DNA from: Myxococcales bacterium UBA4248
GTDB taxonomy: Bacteria > Myxococcota_A > Bradymonadia > UBA4248
DNA length: 64,000 bases
Direction of reading: 5' to 3'
Assembly (NCBI GenBank): GCA_002395385.1
Contig: DGWW01000147.1
Location: 1,214 to 65,213, forward strand
Numbering within the stretch: position 1 is the first letter of the stretch; the number at the start of each line of letters is the position of its first letter. The notes under the pieces were generated by a model. That model was not told where the DNA came from and searched no databases. It was given only the letters and a program-made list of their open reading frames with translations. The position numbers and the translations under genes were made by a program. Below are positions 29,836 to 41,358 of this stretch, in pieces.

Positions 29836-30705
29836 ATGGATAGTATTAATCACGCTTTTAGTGCCTCTAAAGAACTGCGCCGCATGGCCTTCGAACAATC
29901 GTTGCGGCTCACGGGAAAACAACGTTTTGATTGCGTTGTTGCAATGCTTGCTGCGCCCTATAAAGATATCCGTGAAGCCATTCTCGATAGCTGCAGTGAG
30001 CAGGATATTCGCAGCTGGAAACCAAATTTAATCGAATTCCTGAAATCCTTTGTGCCTCAGGAACACACGCTTCAGACGCAGGGAATTCTCGTCCTCATGC
30101 AGCGACTCGATGAAGATTTCCCAACAGAATTTATCGAGTTTTACCAAAAATGCCTCAAAATACAGGATCCGGATATCCAATATCAGGCTTTTTGCCTGGC
30201 TGAACTTCGGGAAGAATCAACCCCGGATTACCTCAATGATGTCCGTAGCTTTCTTCATTCCGACGACGTTGATTTCAGAATTGTTGCAATTCAGGCTCTG
30301 ACGCGTCTCAAACCGGATTTTGCTTTTGCTGAAATCGAAAAACGGTCCCAATCTGCCAACAGCCTTGAGGCTTTTCATATCCTGTTGGCACTCATCCGCT
30401 TGGGCAATTGTGAACAAAGAACCACACATGTGGTTAAATTGTCGCAATATTTAGAAGATGAACGCTACTGTTTTGCCGCGGCACAGTGCATTTTTGATTA
30501 CGGCATACAGGACAATATTCCTGCACTTTTGCAAGTTGCAAAGAGCTTTTTTGCAGAACCTACCAATCGCGTCATTGCTGCGGCTGCCGCAGCAAAGCTC
30601 GGTTCCGATGAGGGGAAATCACTTTTGCAAAAATTTTCTCAATCTCGGCACGGCAATCCCAATTACGCACGTGAGCTGCTTGAGAAACTCAATCAGCTCA
30701 GTTAG
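29836..30705 (+). CDS. HEAT-repeat protein
   Basis: Start moved to MDSINH because the track start lies inside the tRNA. D.D.R..AI.AL helical repeats. Confidence 0.7.
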   Translation: MDSINHAFSASKELRRMAFEQSLRLTGKQRFDCVVAMLAAPYKDIREAILDSCSEQDIRSWKPNLIEFLKSFVPQEHTLQTQGILVLMQRLDEDFPTEFIEFYQKCLKIQDPDIQYQAFCLAELREESTPDYLNDVRSFLHSDDVDFRIVAIQALTRLKPDFAFAEIEKRSQSANSLEAFHILLALIRLGNCEQRTTHVVKLSQYLEDERYCFAAAQCIFDYGIQDNIPALLQVAKSFFAEPTNRVIAAAAAAKLGSDEGKSLLQKFSQSRHGNPNYARELLEKLNQLS

Positions 30706-30801
30706 ATGATTTGCGACTTCATCGGAAATCATGTATGTTATTATAGTAATTGTCTCTTCTTTGAGTATTCGTTTACTCGACAGCCAATGGAGGAAATTCA
30801 T

Positions 30802-31791
30802 ATGAGAAAGAGCTTAGTTACCATTCTTGCCATTGTTTTCGCCACGACATGCGGCTCTTCTGTTCTGCTGACTTCAAACATCGCCAATGCGGCTCCGCCC
30901 AGCAAGGAAAAAGCAGCCAAGTCCGATGCAAAACCAAGCCTCAACAGTGTGCTTGGCTCTTTAAAATGGGGTATGTCCGCCGATAAAGCCAAATCCATCA
31001 TTGCCGACAAGATTATGGGCGATTTCCGTTCAAAATCCGAAGGAAACTCCGACCTTTCCTACGTCGACAAACTCCGCAGACAGCATACGGATCGCGTCGA
31101 AAACATGCAGAAATCACTCATCAATCTGACCCGTGACAACTCTGCAAGCATGGGCGTTTCCATCATCGGCGAAGAATTTATGCCCGATGCCGGTGAATCA
31201 GTCCTCACTTCACGTGAAGATAATGCAACAAAATATTATTTCTTCAAGAACGATAAACTCTACAAAGTCGCCGTTGTCTATGATTCCGCCTATCTCGGCC
31301 CGGTCGCATTCGACACCTTCTGTGCCACTACCGAAAAGAAATACGGCAAAGCCAATAATGAAGTCTGGGACGACGACGGCAACTTCCTGGCCTCCGTATG
31401 GACCGAAGGCGATACCAAACTGACTGTCAAAAATAAATATGCGGCCTTTAATACCGTTCTGATGGTCTTTGCAAAAGACTCTGTCGAAAAAGAACTGGCA
31501 GCAAAACACAAGGAATATGCGGCTTCTCTCAACCAAGGCCCCGAAGTCAGCTCCGCAATCGATGCTCTGACGGCAGACAGCGGCGGTGGCGAGACGAGCA
31601 GTGTCGATGCCATGCTCGGTAAAACCACAAAAGTTGACCTTCTGGCCGGCCTTTCTCAGGAAGATATCGACATCATCAACGGTGTAACCACCGAGAAAGA
31701 AATCGAAAAGAAGAAAAAAGCAAAAGCCAAGAAAGCTGCCAAAGATCACAAGAAAGACGCCAAAGCCAAAGCTGGTCTGGAAATCTTCTAA
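30802..31791 (+). CDS. secreted hypothetical protein
   Basis: GGAGG RBS, signal peptide, LKWGMS motif, Lys-rich C-terminus, followed by a terminator at about 31826-31850. Confidence 0.75.
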   Translation: MRKSLVTILAIVFATTCGSSVLLTSNIANAAPPSKEKAAKSDAKPSLNSVLGSLKWGMSADKAKSIIADKIMGDFRSKSEGNSDLSYVDKLRRQHTDRVENMQKSLINLTRDNSASMGVSIIGEEFMPDAGESVLTSREDNATKYYFFKNDKLYKVAVVYDSAYLGPVAFDTFCATTEKKYGKANNEVWDDDGNFLASVWTEGDTKLTVKNKYAAFNTVLMVFAKDSVEKELAAKHKEYAASLNQGPEVSSAIDALTADSGGGETSSVDAMLGKTTKVDLLAGLSQEDIDIINGVTTEKEIEKKKKAKAKKAAKDHKKDAKAKAGLEIF

Positions 31792-31871
31792 TTCCCATCT
31801 GGCTTACACCAACAGCGAACAAGATACCGGCCATTCAGGCCGGTTTTTTTGTATGCACATCCCCCAAAAAA

Positions 31872-31981
31872 TGCGCGTCGTATGGCATCGGCAAACGCCG
31901 TCTGCCGATGCCATAGACGCGCAGCCGCAATGCGTATGCCACATGCAAATTGATACAATTTGCACGTGGCATAGCTGCGGC
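31872..31981 (+). repeat. tandem bulged-hairpin element (long arms)
   Basis: tgcgcgtc[g]tatggcatcggca...tgccgatgccata-gacgcgca; gccgca(at)gc[g]tatgccacatgcaaattg-ata-caatttgcacgtggcata-gctgcggc. Confidence 0.9.
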
Positions 31982-31989
31982 CCGTAAAA

Positions 31990-34212
31990 TCACCCACCAA
32001 GTGCACAATTCAATCGATAGGCAAGCCGCGTATAACGCATCGCAGGCCGATCATTCTCAATCGCCATTTTGAGTGTGTAAGAATCCGTAATAAAGACGGC
32101 CGTTTTCCGTGCACGGGTCAGCGCCGTATAAATGAGGTTACGCTGCAGCATAAAGCTCTGACTGCGCAAAAAACAACAAATGACCGCAGGATATTCGCTT
32201 CCCTGCGATTTATGAACCGTGCAGGCATAGGCGAGTGCCAGATTCTCGAGATTCTTTTTCGTATATTCGACCAAGCGTCCGTCGAAATCGACGATAGCCT
32301 TGCCGGATGATTCGGCGACGATTTTTCCGATATCGCCGTTAAAAACGTCATGTTCATAATCGTTTTTAAGCTGCATGACGCGATCACCAATGCGAAAACC
32401 GGCATACGAAAATGCGATGGGATTGCCGGACGGATTGAGCTTATCCTGTAAAATCTGATTGAGATGCTCGACACCGCCTGCGTTCTGTCGCATTGGGCAC
32501 AGTACCTGAATCTCATTCATCGGATCGAGCCCATACCGTTGAGGAAGCTTTTCACAAACGAGCTGCTCAATGAGATGTTCGGCATGCTCTGGCGTTGCGG
32601 CATTAAAAAGGTAAAACTCGCATCCCGGAGAAGCCATTTCTTCACGACTCGGAACAATGGGGTAAGCTCCCTCGTTAATGCGATGCGCATTCTTGACGAT
32701 CAGACTCTGCTCGGCCTGCCGGAAAACCGTCTTTAACCGAATAACCGGCAAACAGTTCGATGAAATCAAGTCTTTAAGTACAGTTCCCGTCCCGACACTC
32801 GGTAGCTGATCGACATCCCCGACGAGAATGATCCGCGCATCGTTGGGCAGAGCAACGAGCAGAGACCGCATCAGTGTCAAATCGATCATCGAGGATTCAT
32901 CGACAATATAAATCCCGGCCGGAAGCGGATTATCTTCATTTCGCGTAAATGCCCCGCGCGAATCTGTGACGTATGCATATTCGAGCAGACGGTGAATTGT
33001 CTTGGCCTCGATGCCCGTCGTCTCATTCAGCCGTTTGGAGGCACGCCCCGTCGGAGCTGCCAAAAAAACGGGAATATCCTGTTCCTGGGCGGCAGCAACA
33101 AAAACTTTGACAAGCGTCGTCTTGCCGGTGCCTGGTCCGCCCGTAATGACCATGAATTTTTCGTAAAGCCCCGTCAAAACTGCCTCTCGCTGCTGAGGGG
33201 CCAACTCAATCCCGAGCCGCGTTTCAATGCGTCGCACGGCCGCCATATCATCTTCATTCGGCTTGCCGTGGGAAGAGGCTTTCACCATGCGTGCAATTTC
33301 ATTGGCCACCGAATGCTCCAGATTCCACATAAACGCACGATAGACGAGCGTCTCACCGGTTTCATCCCGGTCCGTCCGAATCGAACGCCGTTCGATGAGC
33401 GCATCGATATGCTCCTCGATCCGGGCCGGATCGACCTGCAGAAGACGAGCTGCCGTCTCGATCAGCACCTGACGCGGCAAATAACAATGGCCATCCGTAT
33501 TCTCCGCCTCATACAACGCATAATCGATCCCCGCTTCGATGCGCATCGGATTATCCGGCGCAATTCCCATCTGAGCAGCAATCTGATCGGCACGTTTAAA
33601 CCCAATCCCAGTCACCTCTTTCGATAAAAGATAAGGCTGCTGATTCAAAATCGGAATAATCTTTTTGCCATAAAGGCCAATCAGTTTCGAAGACAGTTCA
33701 AAGGACAGACCATGCCCCTGCAGATAAACAAACAGCTGACGATTGCCTTGTTTTTCCGACCATTCTTCCAGGATCAAATCGAGTTTCTTACGCGAAATCC
33801 CCTTCACTTCCAGCAGTTTTTCGGGATCATGATCCAACACATTGACCGTATTCTCGCCAAATTTCTGGATGATCCGTTCTGCCATGCGCAGCCCGATCCC
33901 CGTGAGCTGGGATGACAAAAAACGCGCCAGCCCCACACTCGAAGTCGGCATCGCAATCTCGCACGACTCGACCTTGAGCTGAACACCATATTTCGAATCC
34001 ACCCAAGTCCCTTTGACGCGGATTTCATCGTCTACCTTGAACGCAGCGAGCGTCCCTACGAGCGTAAACGGATGATTTCTGCGCGTCACGGCATCGAGAA
34101 TTGCATAGGAATTCTCGGGATTGACGTAACGCACACGCGTGATCCGAGCCGTCGTCTGGACGGTTTCACCCACTTTTTTTTCAAAAGACGGAAGCTGAAT
34201 CTGAGATGACAT
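31990..34212 (-). CDS. recD2: ATP-dependent RecD2 helicase
   Basis: GIG..A..I, GIGFKRAD, ITGGPGTGKTT, APTGRA, VDESSM, GDVDQLPSVG, LAYACTVHKSQGSEY. Confidence 0.95.
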   Translation of the reverse strand: MSSQIQLPSFEKKVGETVQTTARITRVRYVNPENSYAILDAVTRRNHPFTLVGTLAAFKVDDEIRVKGTWVDSKYGVQLKVESCEIAMPTSSVGLARFLSSQLTGIGLRMAERIIQKFGENTVNVLDHDPEKLLEVKGISRKKLDLILEEWSEKQGNRQLFVYLQGHGLSFELSSKLIGLYGKKIIPILNQQPYLLSKEVTGIGFKRADQIAAQMGIAPDNPMRIEAGIDYALYEAENTDGHCYLPRQVLIETAARLLQVDPARIEEHIDALIERRSIRTDRDETGETLVYRAFMWNLEHSVANEIARMVKASSHGKPNEDDMAAVRRIETRLGIELAPQQREAVLTGLYEKFMVITGGPGTGKTTLVKVFVAAAQEQDIPVFLAAPTGRASKRLNETTGIEAKTIHRLLEYAYVTDSRGAFTRNEDNPLPAGIYIVDESSMIDLTLMRSLLVALPNDARIILVGDVDQLPSVGTGTVLKDLISSNCLPVIRLKTVFRQAEQSLIVKNAHRINEGAYPIVPSREEMASPGCEFYLFNAATPEHAEHLIEQLVCEKLPQRYGLDPMNEIQVLCPMRQNAGGVEHLNQILQDKLNPSGNPIAFSYAGFRIGDRVMQLKNDYEHDVFNGDIGKIVAESSGKAIVDFDGRLVEYTKKNLENLALAYACTVHKSQGSEYPAVICCFLRSQSFMLQRNLIYTALTRARKTAVFITDSYTLKMAIENDRPAMRYTRLAYRLNCALGG

Positions 34213-34339
34213 CTGTAAACAACAGGTTGGAGTGATGTTTAAACGTAATTAGGAATTCTAAAGGTATTATCTAATGTATCGAGTTGCTTTAGCTCTGAGA
34301 ATCATTGAACGATTTGTTCTTCAAATCTGCTCACATTAT

Positions 34340-34367
34340 ATATTGGCAAAAAATCAAAAAAACGGCC
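34340..34367 (-). promoter_or_regulatory. GGCC-N16-GCCAATAT motif
   Basis: atattggcaaaaaatcaaaaaaacggcc on +, about 128 nt upstream of recD2. Confidence 0.5.
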
Positions 34368-34450
34368 GATTTTTTTTATTCAATATCATTTTTTTTTGGC
34401 TGAATTCATCGTTAGCCAAAACATAGCCTTTTTTGTGATGTATGATCAAT

Positions 34451-34513
34451 CGCGCCCGCTATCGCCTGACGGCGATACGCCCGGCGCGCAGCGGCTATTG
34501 CATACGCCGCTGC
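34451..34513 (-). repeat. tandem bulged-hairpin element
   Basis: cgcgcc(c)gc-tatcgcc-tgac-ggcgata[c]gc(cc)ggcgcg; gcagcggc-tat-tgc-ata[c]gccgctgc. Confidence 0.85.
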
Positions 34514-34530
34514 CTGCTTATGGTTTTACC

Positions 34531-35049
34531 TTACGGACGGCAAAGGTTGCATCCATCGTGTACGCGGCCATCCTTGAGCTCATCCTGCGTAGCCTTGCGA
34601 ATGGAAAGTACTTCGACATCAAAGTGAAGTGTCTGACCGGCAAGAGGATGATTCGAATCGACGTAGACATTTTCTTCATCGATAGAAACGATCCAAAGGG
34701 GAAAAGGCTTTCCATCCTCCGATTTGGCAGTCATGCCCGCCCCCACGCGAAACATCGTCCCCTCAGGAAATATCGACTTGGGTACTCTCTGAGGCTCTCC
34801 CTCACGCTCGCCATAGGCATCCTCAGGAGCGACGTCTACATGGAACTGCTTGCCAATCGTCATGCCATCGAGCGCCTTCTCAAGCCCACGAAGTATCGTA
34901 TTATGACCATGCAAATACCGCATGGGATTATCCCGTGTAGCAAGATCGAGAACTTCACCCGCATCATTACTCATGACAAAAATGACCGAGGGCACTGTAT
35001 CCTTTGCAACGACATCTGTTTTCAATGATTCCGGCGTTTCTTCTATCAT
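34531..35049 (-). CDS. slyD: FKBP-type peptidyl-prolyl isomerase SlyD
   Basis: YLHGH..I..GLEKAL.G, PEDAYGER, DSNHPLAGQTLHFDVEV, AT.DEL..G.VH. Confidence 0.9.
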   Translation of the reverse strand: MIEETPESLKTDVVAKDTVPSVIFVMSNDAGEVLDLATRDNPMRYLHGHNTILRGLEKALDGMTIGKQFHVDVAPEDAYGEREGEPQRVPKSIFPEGTMFRVGAGMTAKSEDGKPFPLWIVSIDEENVYVDSNHPLAGQTLHFDVEVLSIRKATQDELKDGRVHDGCNLCRP

Positions 35050-35242
35050 GGTATCAACTCTCATTTGATTTTGCTTAAAACTCCACAACGGAGCGTGGAA
35101 CTTCTAATCCCTGAACCACAAAATTCAAGCGTTTTATGCCTATTAAAATATAAATCCCATCCACAAATCTTGAAGAATCGTGTTTCAGGGTGTAAACTAA
35201 AAGGGGAAATATTATGAATTATTCCCCCTTTTGGAGGTTATC

Positions 35243-37312
35243 ATGAAAAAAATGAATCCATACCTAAGATTATTTCTTACCTCGATAATGGCATGCTCGT
35301 TGGCAGCATGCAGTGATGACGCCGGTGAAAAGAATCATGAAGATCCACCAGCCGAGAACCCGGACGATCCCGGCGGGAATCCCGACGAACATGGTGGCAA
35401 ACAAGACGAACCAGGCAAAAACGATCCCATCGTGGAGCCCGAAAAGCCCGAACAGGGATGGGAAGGACTACTGCTCCCGGCAGGCCCAACCGAAATTGAA
35501 ATTCCCAATTCCGGGTTTTCAAAAATTAGTGCACAGCTCATTTCAACCAAAGAAGGTAATTACGGACTTGGTTTTGTCGGCGAAAAAATAGAATGGGGCG
35601 TCGAAACCGGAGCCGAATCGGTTTCTCTTTCAGCCAAAAAATCGAGCACTTCAGACAATGGTGTCGCCAACATCACGGTCAATGCAACCGATGTTTCGGG
35701 GGATGCGGTTGTGGTGGCCAAAAGCAATATTGCGCCCCAGTTAGTCAGATACAAAATTCATGTGCTCGACAAGCCGACCAGCAATCTCAATGTCAAAACC
35801 GAATACTCAGGAAATGCCCCTGTCCAGAATTATTCCATAAAAATCTACGATGGTTCGGAAGTTCAGTGCGCCCGCATCGATCTCGAATCCGGTGAGATTA
35901 TCAATTCGAAAACAGAAACGCCTGCAGAACCGCTGCTTCCTGCTGTCGATTCTTCAACCGCGCTCTTCGAGAATCTCTCGCTGGAACAGGATTATACCCT
36001 CATCGCTTATGGTTTCTCGCCAGATGGTGCTCGCGTAGCCGCCGGATGCCTCGATTCGGGGATCAATCTCATTGCCAGTCAAACCGTCGATGCTACAATT
36101 CATCTCAATGCGATTGACCTCGATCCCGTGACCACCTACCACGTCCGCAGCTATTTCGACCTCGGCGATGTCGCTTCTGCCCTGGGCAGTGTCGGCAAAT
36201 TCATCGTAACGGTCACTGATTTCGCAAACAATCCTGGCCAATCCCTCTATTCCGCCATCATGGACCTCATTACAGCATCTGTCGGTGGGGCCATCAGTAA
36301 GATTGCCGATGTTGTTCTTTCTGCCACATTTAAGAACGATTTAATCAATAAAATAAATGAATTGGCCAGAGAAAACGATACGGTCAACAAAGTCGGCCTC
36401 TTTGCCTGCCAGTTCAGAAATATCGTCCGCACCATGGAATTCATGGGCGAGCTTGGCGTCGAAAAAGTTGGAGCCGTCGAGCTCAAAGGCACCGATCAAT
36501 ACGATGGTGTAGCCGCCTATTGGCGACTCGATTGCGCAGACAGTAGCGACCCCAATTGCGGACGAATCCCATTGTCCTCGAAACAGCTCGGGCTCGACGA
36601 TACACTCTATTTCCTCGAAGGTACATGGAACGGCTCTATCGCGAATGGCTACGATAAACTCGCCATCGAAGCCCATGAGATGAACCTCTATTACGGCAAA
36701 ATTATCGTTTACCTCATTAACAATTACCTGCTGCCCAAACTCGCCGATGGTGCAACCAGCTTCGATCAGGCACTTATCAATTGGGTGAACTGCAATTCTG
36801 TTGGCAACTGGCTTTCGAATACACTTTCGAGATGCTATGGTGTATCAGTTGCAGGTTCCTGTGTTGGTTTTGAATGGAATGTTGGCAAATCCCAAGCTGC
36901 TGGCTGGTGTGAAACTGCCATTGGTGGACTCGGATCTATCCTCAATTTCGTAGCAGCCTACGAGGAACTCCAAAAAACCGGCTCCGATATCAACATCAGC
37001 GGTACCGCAATGTTTAAAGATACCAATGCCGATAATGTCGTCGATATTATTCATGATGGCGAATGGTCTGGCTATATGACCGTCACAACATCCTCCACAG
37101 ACAGTGATGGCAAAACGACCAAAAACTCCACTTCGACCGGTATCAAAGGTATTTGGAGCGCGTACAACATGAAAAATGTCGATACCGGCAACGGCATGTA
37201 TTGCACTTATCCCAAAACAGAAACCGATTCGAGTGACCAGCAATGCCATTATCCCGAAATTGACTTCCAAAAACTCGCCGGTGATGGCCTGTGCAGTGAG
37301 TATAAAAAATAA
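35243..37312 (+). CDS. large Cys-containing lipoprotein, unknown function
   Basis: GGAGG RBS, lipobox LAAC, Ig-like beta-rich N-half, paired Cys. Confidence 0.8.
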   Translation: MKKMNPYLRLFLTSIMACSLAACSDDAGEKNHEDPPAENPDDPGGNPDEHGGKQDEPGKNDPIVEPEKPEQGWEGLLLPAGPTEIEIPNSGFSKISAQLISTKEGNYGLGFVGEKIEWGVETGAESVSLSAKKSSTSDNGVANITVNATDVSGDAVVVAKSNIAPQLVRYKIHVLDKPTSNLNVKTEYSGNAPVQNYSIKIYDGSEVQCARIDLESGEIINSKTETPAEPLLPAVDSSTALFENLSLEQDYTLIAYGFSPDGARVAAGCLDSGINLIASQTVDATIHLNAIDLDPVTTYHVRSYFDLGDVASALGSVGKFIVTVTDFANNPGQSLYSAIMDLITASVGGAISKIADVVLSATFKNDLINKINELARENDTVNKVGLFACQFRNIVRTMEFMGELGVEKVGAVELKGTDQYDGVAAYWRLDCADSSDPNCGRIPLSSKQLGLDDTLYFLEGTWNGSIANGYDKLAIEAHEMNLYYGKIIVYLINNYLLPKLADGATSFDQALINWVNCNSVGNWLSNTLSRCYGVSVAGSCVGFEWNVGKSQAAGWCETAIGGLGSILNFVAAYEELQKTGSDINISGTAMFKDTNADNVVDIIHDGEWSGYMTVTTSSTDSDGKTTKNSTSTGIKGIWSAYNMKNVDTGNGMYCTYPKTETDSSDQQCHYPEIDFQKLAGDGLCSEYKK

Positions 37313-37480
37313 TTAGCAATAAGCTGTGTGCAATGAGCAATTCAATGACATACACCAATCTATTCCTAAAGAACAGAGTAACAAACACTACCTTAGGCGT
37401 TTATTTGGGTATTGCCATTTCAATTTCAAATTGCTAATTGCACATTGCTAATTCTGAATTACGAGCGCTAATTGAAATAA
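37311..37480. repeat. AT-rich inverted-flank element (AATTAGC/GCTAATT-type), related to 43280-43480
   Basis: aattagcaat...ctaaagaacaga...ggtattgcca...ttgctaatt; similar blocks at 43280-43400. Confidence 0.4.
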
Positions 37481-37511
37481 CCACCTGACACTCGGACAGC
37501 TAATTCATTCC

Positions 37512-39640
<2,129 letters not shown>

Positions 39641-39644
<4 letters not shown>

Positions 39645-39970
39645 GTAAAGTTGTTAAAAACACCGGTTTGAATCAGATTCTCTCCCAGGCTCAGAAACTT
39701 CAGGGCCGTCTTGGTCGTCTTGAAGAAGACATGAAAGCCAAAGTCGTGGAAGCCTCCGCTGGCGACGGCAAAGTCACCGCCGTAGTCAATGGCAATCGTG
39801 AACTCATTGCCCTCAATATCGCCCCCGAACTTCTCAATGGCGAAAATCCAGAGCTCCTCGAAAACCTGATCATCAGCGCAGTCAATACAGCTCTCAACAA
39901 TGTCCGTGAAATGGTCAATTACGAAATGAACCGCGCCACAGGCGGCTTCTCCATCCCCGGTTTGATGTAA
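39641..39970 (+). CDS. ybaB: YbaB/EbfC nucleoid-associated protein
   Basis: QAQKLQ...EASAGDGKVTAVVNG...LENLIISAVN.AL; ATGA overlap with the dnaX stop. Confidence 0.92.
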
Positions 39971-40076
39971 TGAACGCAGAATGCGGAATTGAGTGCCATA
40001 AAGTTCAAGAATAATCCTGAAGGTAAAATGAATATCTGATTTAGGATAGTACTTGAGCACACATGGTTAATTACGC

Positions 40077-40297
40077 ATAACTGTTCAGCCCCTATGTTTA
40101 TTTTCCTCGAAAGCTCAAATCATTCGTTAAATGCATAATGCCTAATTCTGAATGCATAATGAAATGTCATACTCAGAGGATTTGAATGATTCCTTTGGGT
40201 TTACAAAATCATTCAGCATTATGAGTTCAGCATTATGAATTAAAGAGGTTTTAAGTGTTTTGGGAAACAGGTACATACTCTAAAGCTGAATAGTGAC
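40077..40297. mobile_element. MITE, TIR family A, with 8-bp TSD
   Basis: ataactgttcagc ... gctgaatagtgac; AATTACGC at 40069-76 and 40298-305. Interior 40126-40268 also occurs at 58205-58346. Confidence 0.8.
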
Positions 40298-40482
40298 AAT
40301 TACGCATTACAAATTACTAAAAAAACTTGACTTTTATCAGGTAACATGCCAGAAAGCGCCGCGTTTTGTGCCGCCCTGGCACACGGTTTTATGTCAGCAC
40401 AGGGGCAACATAATATGCCTCAAGTTCTGTCTCAAAGAATTTTTGTCAGCCTAAAAGCTGCATACTTATTTCGGAGTAAATT

Positions 40483-40635
40483 ATGAAACGTACATTTCAG
40501 CCGAGCAAAATCAAACGTGCTCATACGCACGGTTTCCGTACCAGAATGTCTACCGCTCAGGGCCGCGAAGTACTCAATCGTCGTCGTGCCAAAGGCCGTA
40601 AACGTCTGGTTCCATCTGTTCCTGCTAAACACTAG
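40483..40635 (+). CDS. rpmH: 50S ribosomal protein L34 (missed by the ORF track)
   Basis: [50 protein letters not shown]. Confidence 0.98.
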   Translation: MKRTFQPSKIKRAHTHGFRTRMSTAQGREVLNRRRAKGRKRLVPSVPAKH

Positions 40636-40647
40636 GATAAGCCCCCT

Positions 40648-41022
40648 ATGAAAATTACCCCGAACCGGACATTCGGATGGGGTAAGGCGGTTCGCCTGCG
40701 AAAGCATGCACAATATTGCCGGGTTCAGTCCAAAGGGCGTCGAGTCGGCGGGAAGTTCCTGTTATTCATCTTCACGCCGTCTTCGCTTGTGAATGCCCGT
40801 TTTGGATTGACGGTTAGCAAACGCGTAGGCAATGCGGTTACCCGTAATAAGGTTAAACGCCGCCTTCGCGAGATTTTGCGCCATCATAAAAATATCCTCA
40901 GCGGCCTGGATGTCGTTGTAATCGCTAAGAATAATGCTGCTTCTGCCAGCTTTGTGTCTTTAAAGCAAGATGTGACCGAGCTCCTGGAGCGCGTACTTCG
41001 GAGTTGCTCATGTCCTCATTAG
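40648..41022 (+). CDS. rnpA: ribonuclease P protein component
   Basis: [25 protein letters not shown]; synteny with rpmH. Confidence 0.96.
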   Translation: MKITPNRTFGWGKAVRLRKHAQYCRVQSKGRRVGGKFLLFIFTPSSLVNARFGLTVSKRVGNAVTRNKVKRRLREILRHHKNILSGLDVVVIAKNNAASASFVSLKQDVTELLERVLRSCSCPH

Positions 41023-41264
41023 TTCATCAGGCTTTTAAAGGCATTTCTAACGCACTTAAAGTCTTGTGCCTTTTCTTGATTCGATGCTACCAAAAAGGCA
41101 TTTCTCCATGGCTTGGAGCTAATTGTAGATTCAGACCTACGTGCAGCGCCTATACTTTTGAAGCCATCGAAAAATATGGCCCCGCCAAAGGTATCTTTCT
41201 CGGAATGAAGCGCATTTTAAGATGCCGACCTGGCGTGCCAGGCGGATATGACCCTGTACCTTAA
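41010..41264 (+). CDS. yidD: membrane protein insertion efficiency factor
   Basis: YQKGISP...[10 protein letters not shown]...RILRC.P...GGYDPVP. Confidence 0.96.
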   Translation: MSSLVHQAFKGISNALKVLCLFLIRCYQKGISPWLGANCRFRPTCSAYTFEAIEKYGPAKGIFLGMKRILRCRPGVPGGYDPVP

Positions 41265-41358
41265 GATTTTCGCCCCATTTGGGGAAACTATCTGTTTTGC
41301 ATAACCATTGCGCATTGCGATTGGCGCTTTGCGAATTTCATATCTACTGGAATTGCTC

